Shown here piece after piece: positions 49,621 through 60,062 of a DNA stretch of 64,000 bases. Position 1 is the stretch's first letter. Every line of letters begins with the position of its first letter. The notes under the pieces are model-generated. The model was not told the origin of the DNA, did no database searches, and saw only the letters and a program-made list of their open reading frames with translations. The stretch spans positions 192,001-256,000 of the forward strand of contig CBDESU010000001.1 of assembly GCA_965242695.1 (NCBI GenBank), in the 5' to 3' direction. The position numbers and the translations under genes are program-made. The DNA comes from Cenarchaeum sp. Lineage in GTDB: Archaea; Thermoproteota; Nitrososphaeria; Nitrososphaerales; Nitrosopumilaceae.

Positions 49621-52227
49621 CTAGGAGCCGCGCCGCCGGCCGGCCCTGCGGCGCGCGAGGCGATCGAGATCTGCCATGACGGCATCGGCCTGCCCGCCGT
49701 CGAGGCCGAGGGCGGACAGGACGGCGGCGTCTAGCCTGCCCAGGTCGGCGTCGGCGCAGTACGACTTCCACGCATTCTCGAGGGCGGACACGGCGCGCGC
49801 CGGCAGCGCGTCCATGTCCGGGACCGGCGCCGCGGCAAAGTTGTGCACTTCTATGCTCAGGGCGCCGCCGCCCATCGGGTTGGCGTTGCGCTCCATGTGG
49901 AGGGCAAACCAGGCCGACGCAAGGTACGCCGACATGGCCCTGGCATGGCCGGCGCTGCGGGGCGTGTACGACACGTGCGTGTTCGTCGCGCGGTAGGTGC
50001 CGGCGTTCTCGTACACCTTGATCCTGCCGCCGGCGATCCTGCTCAGGAATATGGGCGGCGGCGGCGCGCCGCCAAGGCCGAGCGAGTACCACGGGCGCCG
50101 CGCCGAGAGCGTGGGCAGGTCGGGCAGCCTCGCGAGCGCCCGCTCGCCGCCGGACATGCTCTCGGCCCGCATATCCTCGCCCCTCCGTATGTACTCCAGC
50201 ACGGCCCTGCCGTCGGCCGTGCGCTCGAGCACGCCCTTTTCGTCGGTCACGTCCAGCAGGAACTCGGAGGCATCCCCGTCCTCGAGCAGCGGGCCGCCGC
50301 GCCCCGTCACGCACGGCCGCAGGTACCAGCGCGGAACGCCCTGGCGCTCGGCCTCTGCCGCCGTCAGCACAAAGAACGCCTTGTGGCCGGTCTTTGTGCC
50401 GAACCTGACGGTGCCCGCGTCGGCCATCGGCACCTTTGCAAAGGGCGCCTTGATGGGGGCGCCGGCAAAGAGGGCGCTCCAGTTGCCCGGCTCGAGGCTG
50501 GACTGGGACACCGCCGCGGCGCCCGCCGGCGCCGGCGGCCCCGCCCCTGCAAAGTCGGCGGGACCTGCGGCGGCGGCGAGCCTGACCTCGTGGCCGGCGG
50601 GAGGATCCCCGCGCTCGGCGACGACGACGGCCGTGTTCACGTCCGCATCGCCGAACACCTTGAAGTCGGACACCGCTATGGTATCGATCGCCGTGTTGTC
50701 GAGCAGGGCTCGCTGCAGGGCCGCGCCGTACCCCGCGCGAAGCCACCCGTCGCTCGATATGAAGCCGAGGCGGCCCCCCAGGCAGAGGCGACCGAGCGAG
50801 TGGAGGTAAAAGTAGGCGCTCAGGTCGCTGCTTCCGGGTATCTCGAACCCGTCGGGCAGCCTGAGCGGCGCGCTGCGGGGGTGGCCGCGCAGCTGCATGC
50901 CGGCCTTTGGGCCCCGTATCACCCCCTGCCTGACGAACGGGGGGTTTCCGACTATGACTGAAAAGCCCGGGTTGCTGCCGGAGAACACCTCGGCGAACAC
51001 GTCCTCCCAGTCCAGCCGGACTCCGTCCGATCCGGCGGCGGGGGATATGCTGTCGGCCGCGACGATGTGGGACGACAGGTCGGGCAGGCTCTCGCCGGCC
51101 GACGCCGTCAGCAGGAACAGCGAGAGGCGGGCGATCTCGACGGACTGCGGGTTGATGTCGATTCCGTACAGGCTCTCGGCGGCGATCCTGCGCACCCGCG
51201 CGTCGTAGATCGACGGGTTGAGCGTGCCGCGGTCGACTGCATCCGCGGCGCTCCCGTCGGAGCCGTTTGACTCCCTGCGCCGCCTCATCTCGTCGTGTAT
51301 CTCCATTAGCGTCTGCGCCGCCTCGATCAGGAATGCGCCGGATCCGCATGCGGGGTCGAGTATCCTGATGCCGTCGAGCCGCCTGTCGAGCTCACCGAGG
51401 TCGTCGGCATACTCGGCGACAAGGTCGTGCGGGCCGCATGCGCGCCCGGATCGCGACAGGTGCGGTATGATCGTCCGGCGGCAGATGTACCTCGCGACGC
51501 ACCACGGCGTGTAGTATACGCCTTCCCTCTTCCTCCTCGAGTCACCGCTGCCGAGCATCCCTTCCAGGTCAGATATCGAGTTTTCGAATATGTGGCCCAG
51601 GATGGTGACCCCGATCTGGCCCTGAAAGTCGTACGAGGCTAGCGCGAGCAGGTTCTTGATCACGGGGTTGACGTCGGCGTGGGAGCCGACCGCATCCCTG
51701 ACCTTTTCCTTGAACTCCCAGGACCTGCGCTCGCCCTTTTGCCGAAACTCGTCAAAGAAGCCGCCGCGCCTCCTGTCCGGAAAGGACGCCGCGCCGCCCA
51801 TCCGCTCGTCGAACAGGCCTCCTTTGAACGCGAACACGTGGGGATCCTCGCAGCCTGTCCTGTAGAACTCGAACAGCTCGTGGACTATGTAGCCCCACAC
51901 CCTGCTGGTGTTGCGCGTAATGGCGCCCCCGAGCACGTCGATGACGCCATCGACGAACATGTCTTTTTTCCCGGACAGCCCTCCGTCCTCGGCGAAGAAT
52001 ATGAATATCAGGCGGTTGAGGAACCCCTGCGCCCTGGCGACGGCCTCGCGCCTTCCGTCGCCCGATGCCTCGAACTCCTTGACGAGCATGAGCCGCGTCT
52101 GCCCGTACAGCCCGTAGAACTCCTCGGTGAGCCTCCTCTCTCCGCCGTTCGACCCGGCATGCGCGCGCCGGACGGCCATAGCGCCGGCACGCCGGCGCGC
52201 GCCGCAGGGCGCGCCCGCATATGGCAT
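49621..52227 (-). CDS. N6-adenine DNA methyltransferase (Eco57I/IIG-like) without an N-terminal nuclease domain
   Basis: FLNRLIFIFFAED, ILGHIFE, RKREGVYYTP, ILDPACGSGAFL, YGIDIN, IVGNPPF. Confidence 0.85.
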   Translation of the reverse strand: MPYAGAPCGARRRAGAMAVRRAHAGSNGGERRLTEEFYGLYGQTRLMLVKEFEASGDGRREAVARAQGFLNRLIFIFFAEDGGLSGKKDMFVDGVIDVLGGAITRNTSRVWGYIVHELFEFYRTGCEDPHVFAFKGGLFDERMGGAASFPDRRRGGFFDEFRQKGERRSWEFKEKVRDAVGSHADVNPVIKNLLALASYDFQGQIGVTILGHIFENSISDLEGMLGSGDSRRKREGVYYTPWCVARYICRRTIIPHLSRSGRACGPHDLVAEYADDLGELDRRLDGIRILDPACGSGAFLIEAAQTLMEIHDEMRRRRESNGSDGSAADAVDRGTLNPSIYDARVRRIAAESLYGIDINPQSVEIARLSLFLLTASAGESLPDLSSHIVAADSISPAAGSDGVRLDWEDVFAEVFSGSNPGFSVIVGNPPFVRQGVIRGPKAGMQLRGHPRSAPLRLPDGFEIPGSSDLSAYFYLHSLGRLCLGGRLGFISSDGWLRAGYGAALQRALLDNTAIDTIAVSDFKVFGDADVNTAVVVAERGDPPAGHEVRLAAAAGPADFAGAGPPAPAGAAAVSQSSLEPGNWSALFAGAPIKAPFAKVPMADAGTVRFGTKTGHKAFFVLTAAEAERQGVPRWYLRPCVTGRGGPLLEDGDASEFLLDVTDEKGVLERTADGRAVLEYIRRGEDMRAESMSGGERALARLPDLPTLSARRPWYSLGLGGAPPPPIFLSRIAGGRIKVYENAGTYRATNTHVSYTPRSAGHARAMSAYLASAWFALHMERNANPMGGGALSIEVHNFAAAPVPDMDALPARAVSALENAWKSYCADADLGRLDAAVLSALGLDGGQADAVMADLDRLARRRAGRRRGS

Positions 52228-52433
52228 GCGACCGCTATCGGGCGGCCGTATTTAACAGATCCGGCGCGCCCCCCGCATCGTGCGTCCGCTACGGCGGTGT
52301 TTACTAATGCACATCCGCGGAGGCGCCGCAAGCGCGGCCCGGAGTGGGCTACCACGGGTGCGCATGCGCCTGCGCGCCGCCCCGGTTAGGCTATAAGGAA
52401 CCCGGCGGCGCGCCGCGCGCAGGGCGGTTCTGC

Positions 52434-53750
52434 GTGGGAGTGGGCAGCAACAGCAACAGCGGCGGCAGCAGCGGGGATGTCAGCATGGTCTACGTCCTGC
52501 TCGACGGCGTCGGCGATCTGCCGCACCCCGACCTGGGCGGCAGGACGCCGCTGCAGGCGGCGCGCACGCCGAACCTGGACAGGCTCGCCCGCGGGGGCGC
52601 CATGGGCCGCGTCGTGTCCGTCGGCCGCGGCATAGCCCCAGAGTCGGACATTGCCGTGTTCAACATGCTCGGGTACGGGTTCCGGCACGCCGACTATGCC
52701 GGCCGCGGCGTCATCGAGGCGATCGGCATTGGGATCGACTTTCGCGACGGCGACCTGGCCCTGAGGGGAAACTTTGCCACGGTCGACGGCGAGGGGGTGA
52801 TCACCGACCGCAGGGCCGGCCGGCACATCGAGAGGGCCGACGCGGAGGCGGTCGCATCCGAGCTCGAGCGCGGCGTGAAATTCTCCCGGCCCGGCGCGTC
52901 CGTCGTGGTGGCCCCGACGGTGGGGCACCGCGTCACGGTGCGGATCAGGCTCGACGGCGAGGACCTCTCGTCGAACGTGACGAACACCGACCCCGCGTAC
53001 GCGAGGGTCGACGGCATGGGGATCGCAAAGGCCGTCGGCGACTGCATGCGCATCGAAAAGTGCCTGCCGCTCGACGGCTCGCCGGCCGCCGCCCTGGCCG
53101 CGTCGCTCGTCAACGAGTTCACCGAGCAGTCCGGGCGCATACTCGCCGGCAGCGAGACGAACAGGGCCCGCGCCGAGGCAGGCAGGAAGACGCTCGGCTG
53201 CATACTGCTGCGCGATGCCGGCAACCGGCACCCCGTCGTGGACCCCATCGGCAAGGTGCACTCGATGAGCTTTTCGTGCATCGTCGACATGCCCGTGGAG
53301 ATCGGCATATCGCGGGTGCTGCGCATGGACGCGTACGAGGCCGGCGGCCTGGCCGACTACGAGGCAAAGGCGCGCGCGGCAGCGGACGCCGTCGCCTCGC
53401 ACGACGCGGTGTACGTCCACCTGAAGGGGCCCGACGAGTTCGGGCACGACGGCGATGCGGCCGGCAAGAGGGCGAGCATCGAGGATATAGACGCGAGGTT
53501 CTTTGGGCCGCTTCTCGGCGCCATCGACCTGTCGAGGACGGCCGTGGTCGTCTCGGCCGACCACTCGACTCCGTGCATAAGCAAGGGCCACAGCGACGAC
53601 CCCGTCCCCCTGCTCGTGTCCGGCGGCGGCATGCGGGGGCCGGACGGGACGGAACGGTTCACGGAGCGGGATGCCGAGGCCGGCAGCCTCGGCCTGCTCG
53701 AGGGCGCCGAGGTGGTGCGCACTGCCGTCGCCCGCATCGGGGGATCCTAG
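52434..53750 (+). CDS. apgM: 2,3-bisphosphoglycerate-independent phosphoglycerate mutase, archaeal type
   Basis: LLDGVGD, TPNLD, APESD, LRGNFAT, DRRAGR, HLKGPDEFGHDG, ADHSTP, HSDDPVP; start uncertain. Confidence 0.9.
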   Translation: MGVGSNSNSGGSSGDVSMVYVLLDGVGDLPHPDLGGRTPLQAARTPNLDRLARGGAMGRVVSVGRGIAPESDIAVFNMLGYGFRHADYAGRGVIEAIGIGIDFRDGDLALRGNFATVDGEGVITDRRAGRHIERADAEAVASELERGVKFSRPGASVVVAPTVGHRVTVRIRLDGEDLSSNVTNTDPAYARVDGMGIAKAVGDCMRIEKCLPLDGSPAAALAASLVNEFTEQSGRILAGSETNRARAEAGRKTLGCILLRDAGNRHPVVDPIGKVHSMSFSCIVDMPVEIGISRVLRMDAYEAGGLADYEAKARAAADAVASHDAVYVHLKGPDEFGHDGDAAGKRASIEDIDARFFGPLLGAIDLSRTAVVVSADHSTPCISKGHSDDPVPLLVSGGGMRGPDGTERFTERDAEAGSLGLLEGAEVVRTAVARIGGS

Positions 53751-53759
53751 GCGCCGCCG

Positions 53760-54335
53760 TCATATGCGGAACAGCGACATCTCGCCGCTGCGCCGCATCG
53801 CGGCGACCCTCTCCCTCATGCCGTCGACGTCGATTCCGTGGTACCTTCCCGTGTGGCCGCCGATCTTTTCGAGCGCGCGGCCGAACATGTTGATCCCGAC
53901 GCCGGCGTCGTTCTTTTGCGAATGCGCAAACGCGACGGCCACGAGTATGATCCCCTGGACGAGCAGCTTTTCGGCGCCCTCGCACTGCTTCCAGGCTCCC
54001 TCCCAGGCCTCATGCGCCTCCCAGAACCGCTCGCCGTTGAAGTAGCCGATGCCCTCGCGCATGCCCTCTTCCTTTGGCGGGAGGGCCTGCGCCCTCTCGG
54101 ACTCGGACACGTTGCGGGCGTTGTCGAGCGGGCCGATCGGGCCCAGCCTCTTGACTAGCGCATCGAGGCGCGCGGGATCGACCGAGACGTCGAGCTCGAC
54201 GAACGCCGTCGCCACGCGGGCGACGCGCACGGACGCGCCGAGCTCGGATGCAAGGAACCTGGCCCTGTGCACGATGCGTCGCGCGTCGGCCGGGCCGTAC
54301 CCCGTGTTGCCCAGGTGCAGCATGTAGCGGTCCAC
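53760..54335 (-). CDS. DUF309 domain protein
   Basis: YFN.ERFWEAHEAWE..W, QGII..AVA; GTG start downstream of TTTAAG. Confidence 0.85.
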   Translation of the reverse strand: MDRYMLHLGNTGYGPADARRIVHRARFLASELGASVRVARVATAFVELDVSVDPARLDALVKRLGPIGPLDNARNVSESERAQALPPKEEGMREGIGYFNGERFWEAHEAWEGAWKQCEGAEKLLVQGIILVAVAFAHSQKNDAGVGINMFGRALEKIGGHTGRYHGIDVDGMRERVAAMRRSGEMSLFRI

Positions 54336-54595
54336 GCACCGGCGCGCGATCGTCGCCTTAAATCTCTTCATCGGGGAGCGGATGAGGGGCCGCTGCGCGA
54401 AAGGATGCCTGCCCGCTTGCCCGGCGCGGCGCGCCGGATGGGACCGTGGGCGGGGCGGGCCCGAGGCGGCCGGGGCAGGGATGCAGCGCAGCGCGCAGCG
54501 GGCCGCAACGCTCCCTTCTTGGTGAAGGTGGATGCCGCACAGCTTCGTCCCGCGCTTGTTGCCGTTCGGCACGAGTCGGGCGCCCCGGCGATTCT

Positions 54596-54808
54596 CTAGT
54601 CCATGGGGTAGAGGATTTCATCGATGATGTCCTCCTCGATGCCCCGCTCGATATCCCGCTCGATATCCCGCTCGATATCCCGCTCGATCTCTCTGTCGAA
54701 CTGCTCGGACAGCTTGCGGCTCATCTCTTCAAGCTCCCTGTCGCACTGCGCTATCACTTCGGGGCTCGGGGCGACCGAGCTTGCGGCGCCCTCACTTTCG
54801 GTCATCAC
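54596..54808 (-). CDS. Small acidic protein with 12-bp (DIER) repeats, copy 1
   Basis: 70-aa ORF duplicated at 55738-55914, differing by an in-frame 36 bp. Confidence 0.45.
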   Translation of the reverse strand: MMTESEGAASSVAPSPEVIAQCDRELEEMSRKLSEQFDREIERDIERDIERDIERGIEEDIIDEILYPMD

Positions 54809-55490
54809 GGCGCACCCGTTTTGAGTCTCTTATACGCCTTATGATGTCGTCCGCTTCGCCCATGCGGCCCTTCCTCCCGAGCACTCGTGCCTGTGCTTCG
54901 TTGGGGGACGCCTCCGTGCCTGCAGGATCGGCGGAGATGTCGTATCCAGACATGGATTCGACTAGGCCGCCGCGAACTTCGTCTGGCATGCCTGTCGTGT
55001 GCGGGGCCCTGCTATCTGCAGACTGGACTCGGCGGTAACTCTCGAGCGCCTCTGCCGGGCGCCCCTGCGACTCGGTATTTTCCCGGCCGCGATGCATGCC
55101 CTGGTACTGAACGGATCGACCTCGGCGGCACGGTGGTAACTACCCAGAGCATCGGCCGGGCGCCCAAGATGCCAGAGGACGTTGCCCCTTCCCATGTCGT
55201 GTTTGCATACTGGGGATCGACCTCGACGGCCCTGTCGTGCGACGCAGGGGCGCCTGTGGCCCGGCCCTCCCGCGCAAGGATGCATCCCATGGCCGCGTGG
55301 GCATTCGGGCTGCTTGGATCTAGATCGCCTGCCGTACCACTCCATCACCCCGTCGTTCTTACCGAGGCCTTGGGACCACTTGCCGGCGATCACGTACAGC
55401 ACCGACGGGTCAGCCCCTGTGCCGCCCAACTCTGCGAGGGCCCCTTGGTACGTGCGCACCGCCTCGTCCATGTAGCCGCGCGACATGGCC
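54792..55490 (-). pseudogene. Degenerate duplicate of the neighbouring TPR gene
   Basis: Clear DNA homology to about 55898-57040, but with several frameshifts and most 102-bp units missing. Confidence 0.75.
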
Positions 55491-55737
55491 AAGTCCGCGC
55501 CAAAGCACACTGCGGAGCAGGGTGGCCTTGGACGGCAATCCCATGGCCGCGTGCCGAACCCGCTTGATCGATAAAGGCTTGGAACCATGGTGGCCGTCGC
55601 GGGTGTCCGGCGCCACTCGAATTGCCGTAGCCGCGGCATGTCGTCGGCAGGCTGTGCCGGCGCATCTGCCGCCACCTGCGAGCATCCCTGTCTTCTCCCT
55701 CAGGCGTCAGTGGTGGAGGCGAGACCGGATCCATCTC

Positions 55738-55914
55738 CTAGTCCATGGGGTAGAGGATTTCATCGATGATGTCCTCCTCGATGCCCCGCTCGATCTCTCT
55801 GTCGAACTGCTCGGACAGCTTGCGGCTCATCTCTTCGAGCTCCCTGTCGCACTGTGCTATCACCTCGGGGCTCGGGGCGACCGAGCTTGCGGCGCCCTCA
55901 CTTTCGGTCATCAC
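55738..55914 (-). CDS. Small acidic protein, copy 2 (58 aa)
   Basis: Near-identical to 54596-54808 minus three 12-bp repeat units. Confidence 0.45.
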   Translation of the reverse strand: MMTESEGAASSVAPSPEVIAQCDRELEEMSRKLSEQFDREIERGIEEDIIDEILYPMD

Positions 55915-57129
55915 GGCGCACCCGTTTTGAGTCTCTTATACGCCTTATGATGTCGTCCGCTTCGCCCATGCGGCCCTTCCTCCCGAGCACTCGTGCCTGT
56001 GCTTCGTTGGGGGACGCCTCCGTGCCTGCAGGATCGGCGGAGATGTCGTATCCGGACATGGACTCGACTAGGCCACCGCGAACTTCGTCTGGCATGCCTG
56101 TCGTGGTACGGGGGCCTGCCTCGGAGGCCCGGCGGCTCTTCCCGACAGGCTGGCCTCGGAGGCCCGGCGGTAGCTCTCGAGCGCCTCTGCCGGGCGCCCC
56201 TGCGACTCGTGGATCTTTCCGGCTGCGATGTGGGCGCCCGCATGGGACGGGTCGGCCTCGGAGGCCCGGCGGTAGCTCTCGAGCGCCTCTGCCGGGCGCC
56301 CCTGCGACTCGTGGATCTTTCCGGCTGCGATGTGGGCGCCCGCATGGGACGGGTCGGCCTCGGAGGCCCGGCGGTAGCTCTCGAGCGCCTCTGCCGGGCG
56401 CCCCTGCGACCTGTGGATCTGCCCGGCCGCGATGTGCGCCCAAGCGCTCGACGGGTCGGCCTCGGAGGCCCGGCGGTAGCTCTCGAGCGCCTCTGCCGGG
56501 CGCCCCTGCGACCTGTGGATCTGCCCGGCCGCAATGTGGGCGCCCGCATGGGACGGGTCGGCCTCGGAGGCCCGGCGGTAGCTCTCGAGCGCCTCTGCCG
56601 GGCGCCCCTGCGACCTGTGGATCTGCCCGGCCGCAATGTGGGCCCTGGTGCTGAAAGGGTCGGCCTCGGAGGCCCGGCGGTAGCTCTCGAGCGCCTCTGC
56701 CGGGCGGCCGAGGTGCCAGAGGACGTTGCCCCTTCCCATGTGCATGTTTGCGTACCGGGGATCGATTTCGACGGCCCTGTCGTACGACGCAAGGGCATCC
56801 GTGCCGCGGCCCGCCCGCGCAAGGATGCATCCCATGGCCGCGTGGGCATTCGGGTTGCTTGGATCCGCCGAGATCGCCTTGCCGTACCACTCCATCGCCT
56901 CGTCGCGCCTGCCGAGGCCCTCGGCCGCCTTGCCGGCGATCACGCACAGCACCGACGGGTCGGCCCCTGCGCTGTCCACCTCTGCGAGGACCATTTGGTA
57001 CGTGCGGACTGCCTCGTCCATGTAGCCGCGCGACACTGCCCAGTACACCCCCATCATCAGGAACACGGCGCGAAGGGACGGCACCTGCCTGACGATGCTG
57101 TCTATGTGCTGGTCCACAGTCTCCATCAT
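55898..57129 (-). pseudogene. TPR-repeat protein whose C-terminal tail is frameshifted by a 35-bp insertion/duplication
   Basis: 34-aa TPR units (AHIAAGQIHRSQGRPAEALESYRRASEADPS). The open frame ends at 56068. Removing the 35 bp between the GCCTCGGAGGCCCGGCGG copies at 56118 and 56153 restores the ...TTGMPDEV... tail seen in frame in copy 1. Confidence 0.7.
56152..56705 (-). repeat. 102-bp TPR-coding tandem repeat, 5 full units plus a partial unit
   Basis: Units begin at 56152, 56254, 56356, 56458, 56560 and 56662. Confidence 0.92.
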
Positions 57130-57599
57130 CAGGCGCCGATCGTACCCATGGTCCCCCTCCCGTGCGTATGGTCGTTGCGCACGCTGTGGAGCGTGTACGT
57201 CGAAGCGAGCAGCTCTGGATTCCCCTTGAACACGCTCGTCATGCCCAGATCGTCCTGGATGGACCGTATGTCGTCGACGCTCTGGACCTTGCGGTCGAGC
57301 CAGAGCAGGGCTGCCTAGCTGAGGCGGGGAATGATCCTTGCAAGCTCTGGAAGATCCGCCGCAGTAATGTGCAGGTTGACGGGGGTATGCATGTGCTTCT
57401 CGGGATCGAACTTGTACTGCCCGACCTGGCGGTAGGCCAGCTCTATGCATGTCCCAGAGGCGACCGGCATGTACTTCTTGGCGATCTCGCTCATGCTGTA
57501 GTACAGATCCTTGACTTCATAGTAGCTCTCGAATACGTCTGCCCACGTGCCGCCGAGCAGGTCGCGCGAGATCCTGCTGAGCCACCTTATTCTGGCCAA
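57129..57599 (-). pseudogene. Putative HEPN-like ORF with an in-frame TAG at 57315-57317
   Basis: The frame continues past the TAG as AALLWLDRK...TYTLHSVRNDHTHG (Rx4H) to a TGA overlapping the TPR ATG (TGATG); TATA-like TTATACTAATATA upstream. Confidence 0.5.
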
Positions 57600-58051
57600 C
57601 GTCAGGCCCCGCAATGTGCGGTATATTAGTATAACTAGCCTCCACTCGACTCGCAGGCGCGGCCGCCCGCCGGAGCCTGCGGCAGCCATCCCTCGCTGCG
57701 CTTGGGTACCGGGTCTGGGATCGCATGTAGCATGGCAGGGAGCCTGCGGCAGCCATCCCGCGCCGCGCTGCGCCGGGGCATGCGAGTGCGGCCCGCCGCC
57801 TCGGCCGCCTCCCGCGCCGCGCCGCCGGCCGCACATGGCGCGGGACGGGCGCAGGACGGCGATCGCCGAACAGCGGCGCAGGAGCCTTTTGCCGGATATG
57901 GATGTCCTGACGTGGCGTGCGGTGCGCAGGATTGGCGGCCGCCGCGCCGTGCGTGGTCGAGCGCCGGCGCGCGGCCGCCGGGCCGGGGATGCAGATGCCG
58001 ACTATTTAAAGGCCCATCGGTTTATATGATTAGCGCCGCTCGGCGGGGGCA

Positions 58052-58441
58052 GTGTCGCTGGTCGAAAAGGTCGCGGACGTCGACAATGCGTTCCTTGCGA
58101 GGCGCGAACTCACGTGCAACTTTGCGGGGCTCGGAGGCAAGCTCACGCGGCTTGATGCGGTCGATATAGTCACAAAAGAGTACGGGCTCGGCGGCAAGGC
58201 CGTGGTCCCGATGGGGCTCAGGAGCCAGGTCGGGCGCACCGTCATAACAGGCACGTTCTACGTGTACGACGACGAAGCGGCCGCCAAGAGGCACGTCAGG
58301 CGGGCCGTCTTTGAGAGGCTAGACAAGGACAGAAAGGCCAAGGCCGAAAAGGAGGCGGCCGAGTCTGATGCCGGCGGCGGCGACGGCGAGGGCAAGGACG
58401 GCGATGGCACGGCGGCGGCCGGCGAAGGGGGCGGGACATGA
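58052..58441 (+). CDS. rps24e: 30S ribosomal protein S24e
   Basis: N.FL.RREL, G+[11 protein letters not shown]; TTTATAT box; adjacent to S27ae. Confidence 0.9.
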   Translation: MSLVEKVADVDNAFLARRELTCNFAGLGGKLTRLDAVDIVTKEYGLGGKAVVPMGLRSQVGRTVITGTFYVYDDEAAAKRHVRRAVFERLDKDRKAKAEKEAAESDAGGGDGEGKDGDGTAAAGEGGGT

Positions 58442-58443
58442 AC

Positions 58444-58629
58444 ATGGCCGGCGCAGCCAAGAAGGGCAAGAAGGGGTTTAGCCAAAAAATATCGGCGCTG
58501 TACAAGGTCGACGGCGGCAAGGTCACTAGGCTGCGGAGGGTCTGCTCGCGGTGCGGCAAGGGCGTGTACATGGCGGCCCACAAGGACAGGCGCACGTGCG
58601 GCAAGTGCGGCCTGACCGAGTTCGGGTAG
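58444..58629 (+). CDS. rps27ae: 30S ribosomal protein S27ae
   Basis: [34 protein letters not shown] zinc ribbon; alternative ATG at 58438. Confidence 0.95.
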   Translation: MAGAAKKGKKGFSQKISALYKVDGGKVTRLRRVCSRCGKGVYMAAHKDRRTCGKCGLTEFG

Positions 58630-58793
58630 CCCCAAGCGCGGCAGGTGCATCGGCTGCGCCGAAGGGTTTCTGCGGCCGGGATGCGGGCATCGAGATCCGG
58701 GCTCCGGCGGCGGCCCTGTCCCCCGTCCTGAGTAGTACGAGCACACCGGCCTCCCGTGCAAGGCGCCTCGGAAGATGCGAGGACGCGGCCGCC

Positions 58794-59513
58794 CTACGCG
58801 TAGTACGAGCGCGCCCGCCTCTTGCGTATGGCCTCGCTCTTCCTCTCGATCTCGGCGAGGCGCGCGGCCGTGCCGGGGTCGACCCTGACGGCCGACACGT
58901 CGGCCGCCGAGAGGCGCGCCGTGTTCGAGTCGAGGCGCACGACCTCCCTCGGCAGGCCCTTTCCGATCCACAGGCTGACGGTCTTGTCCTCGAGGCGCGG
59001 ATCGCGAAAGCCGACCGGGAACCGCTTCGTAATGTGCGAGACGAGGGCTCGGTCGCCGAGGGCCGCGCCGGGCTCGAAGTGGCGCCCGCCGTCTGCGTGC
59101 ACGCTCTCGAACATGCTCGCCGTGACCTCGTCGGACACGACGTCCATCCTCGAGGCGCGGTGGAGCAGCTCGAGGTAGTGCAGGAACTCGTGGGCCAGTA
59201 TGGCGTGGATCGCCCCCTTTAGGCCGTACGCGACGAGCGGGGCCGACAGCTGGACGACGATGCGGATCGAGCCGCCGAACCGGACGGGCAGCGTCCTTGC
59301 AAACAGTATGCCGTACTGCATCGTGTTCGGGTCTGGCGCGGTGACGACGGCGGCCGGCTCGACGTACGCCGGCGGGTACGCGAGGCCGGACGCGCGCTCG
59401 ACGCGCTCCATGCCCGAGGCGGCAAGGCCGAACCGCCGCGCTATGAGGCTGTGGACGGGGCCCGGTATGTCGCCCCGGCCGCGCGCCTCGCTGACGCGAA
59501 ACAGGGGATCCAC
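58794..59513 (-). CDS. Hypothetical protein with an HExxH motif
   Basis: ILAHEFLHYLE; host-like codon usage. Confidence 0.75.
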   Translation of the reverse strand: MDPLFRVSEARGRGDIPGPVHSLIARRFGLAASGMERVERASGLAYPPAYVEPAAVVTAPDPNTMQYGILFARTLPVRFGGSIRIVVQLSAPLVAYGLKGAIHAILAHEFLHYLELLHRASRMDVVSDEVTASMFESVHADGGRHFEPGAALGDRALVSHITKRFPVGFRDPRLEDKTVSLWIGKGLPREVVRLDSNTARLSAADVSAVRVDPGTAARLAEIERKSEAIRKRRARSYYA

Positions 59514-60062
59514 GGGCTAGCGGGCGCGCGGCGCCGTAAAAACGTGTCCGCGGGCCGGCCGGCTGGCCGCCTAGCGGGCGCGCGGCTTGCCGCGCTTGGC
59601 GGTCTTTGACGCGCGCCGCGCGGCCCTGTCGTCGGCACGGCGGTGGTGCTTGCCCTTTTTTCGCGGCGGCAACGGCGTGCCCGACGGGCGCGGCTATTTG
59701 TAGCTATGTAGGCGCGGCATCCCGGCTGCCCCGTTGCTCCCCCCCCCGTCCCGCGCGCATGGCGGGCGCCGCCTGCCGCCGATCGCCGGCATGCCCGCAT
59801 GCCGGCGGCCGGGGCGGCCGCGCGCCCGGCTTCGCCGGCGTGCGCCACTGCGGCGCACACGGCGGTGTCCAAAGTCCGGCAGCGCCCCGCGCGCCGCCCT
59901 CGGGCCGCGGGCGCGGCCGCGGTGCATGGGGGAGGGGAGGAGGTCGACGCGGAGCCGGGCCAGGCGGCCCGGCTCCACGGCGCCCGTCCACTGCGGGCGC
60001 CGCCGGATGCCGCGCAGCGGATGCGCCCGCACTCTTATACGGATCCGCCCCCCGCCGGCAGC

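Noticed and set aside
56152-56705. Possible CRISPR-like array with a 102-bp period
   Set aside because: The period is 34 codons and encodes TPR units in frame
2413-57317. Amber recoding (pyrrolysine or readthrough) to explain two in-frame TAGs
   Set aside because: Many intact genes here end in TAG at the expected C-terminus (FTR1, ggt, apgM, rps27ae); no pyl genes or CUA tRNA are seen
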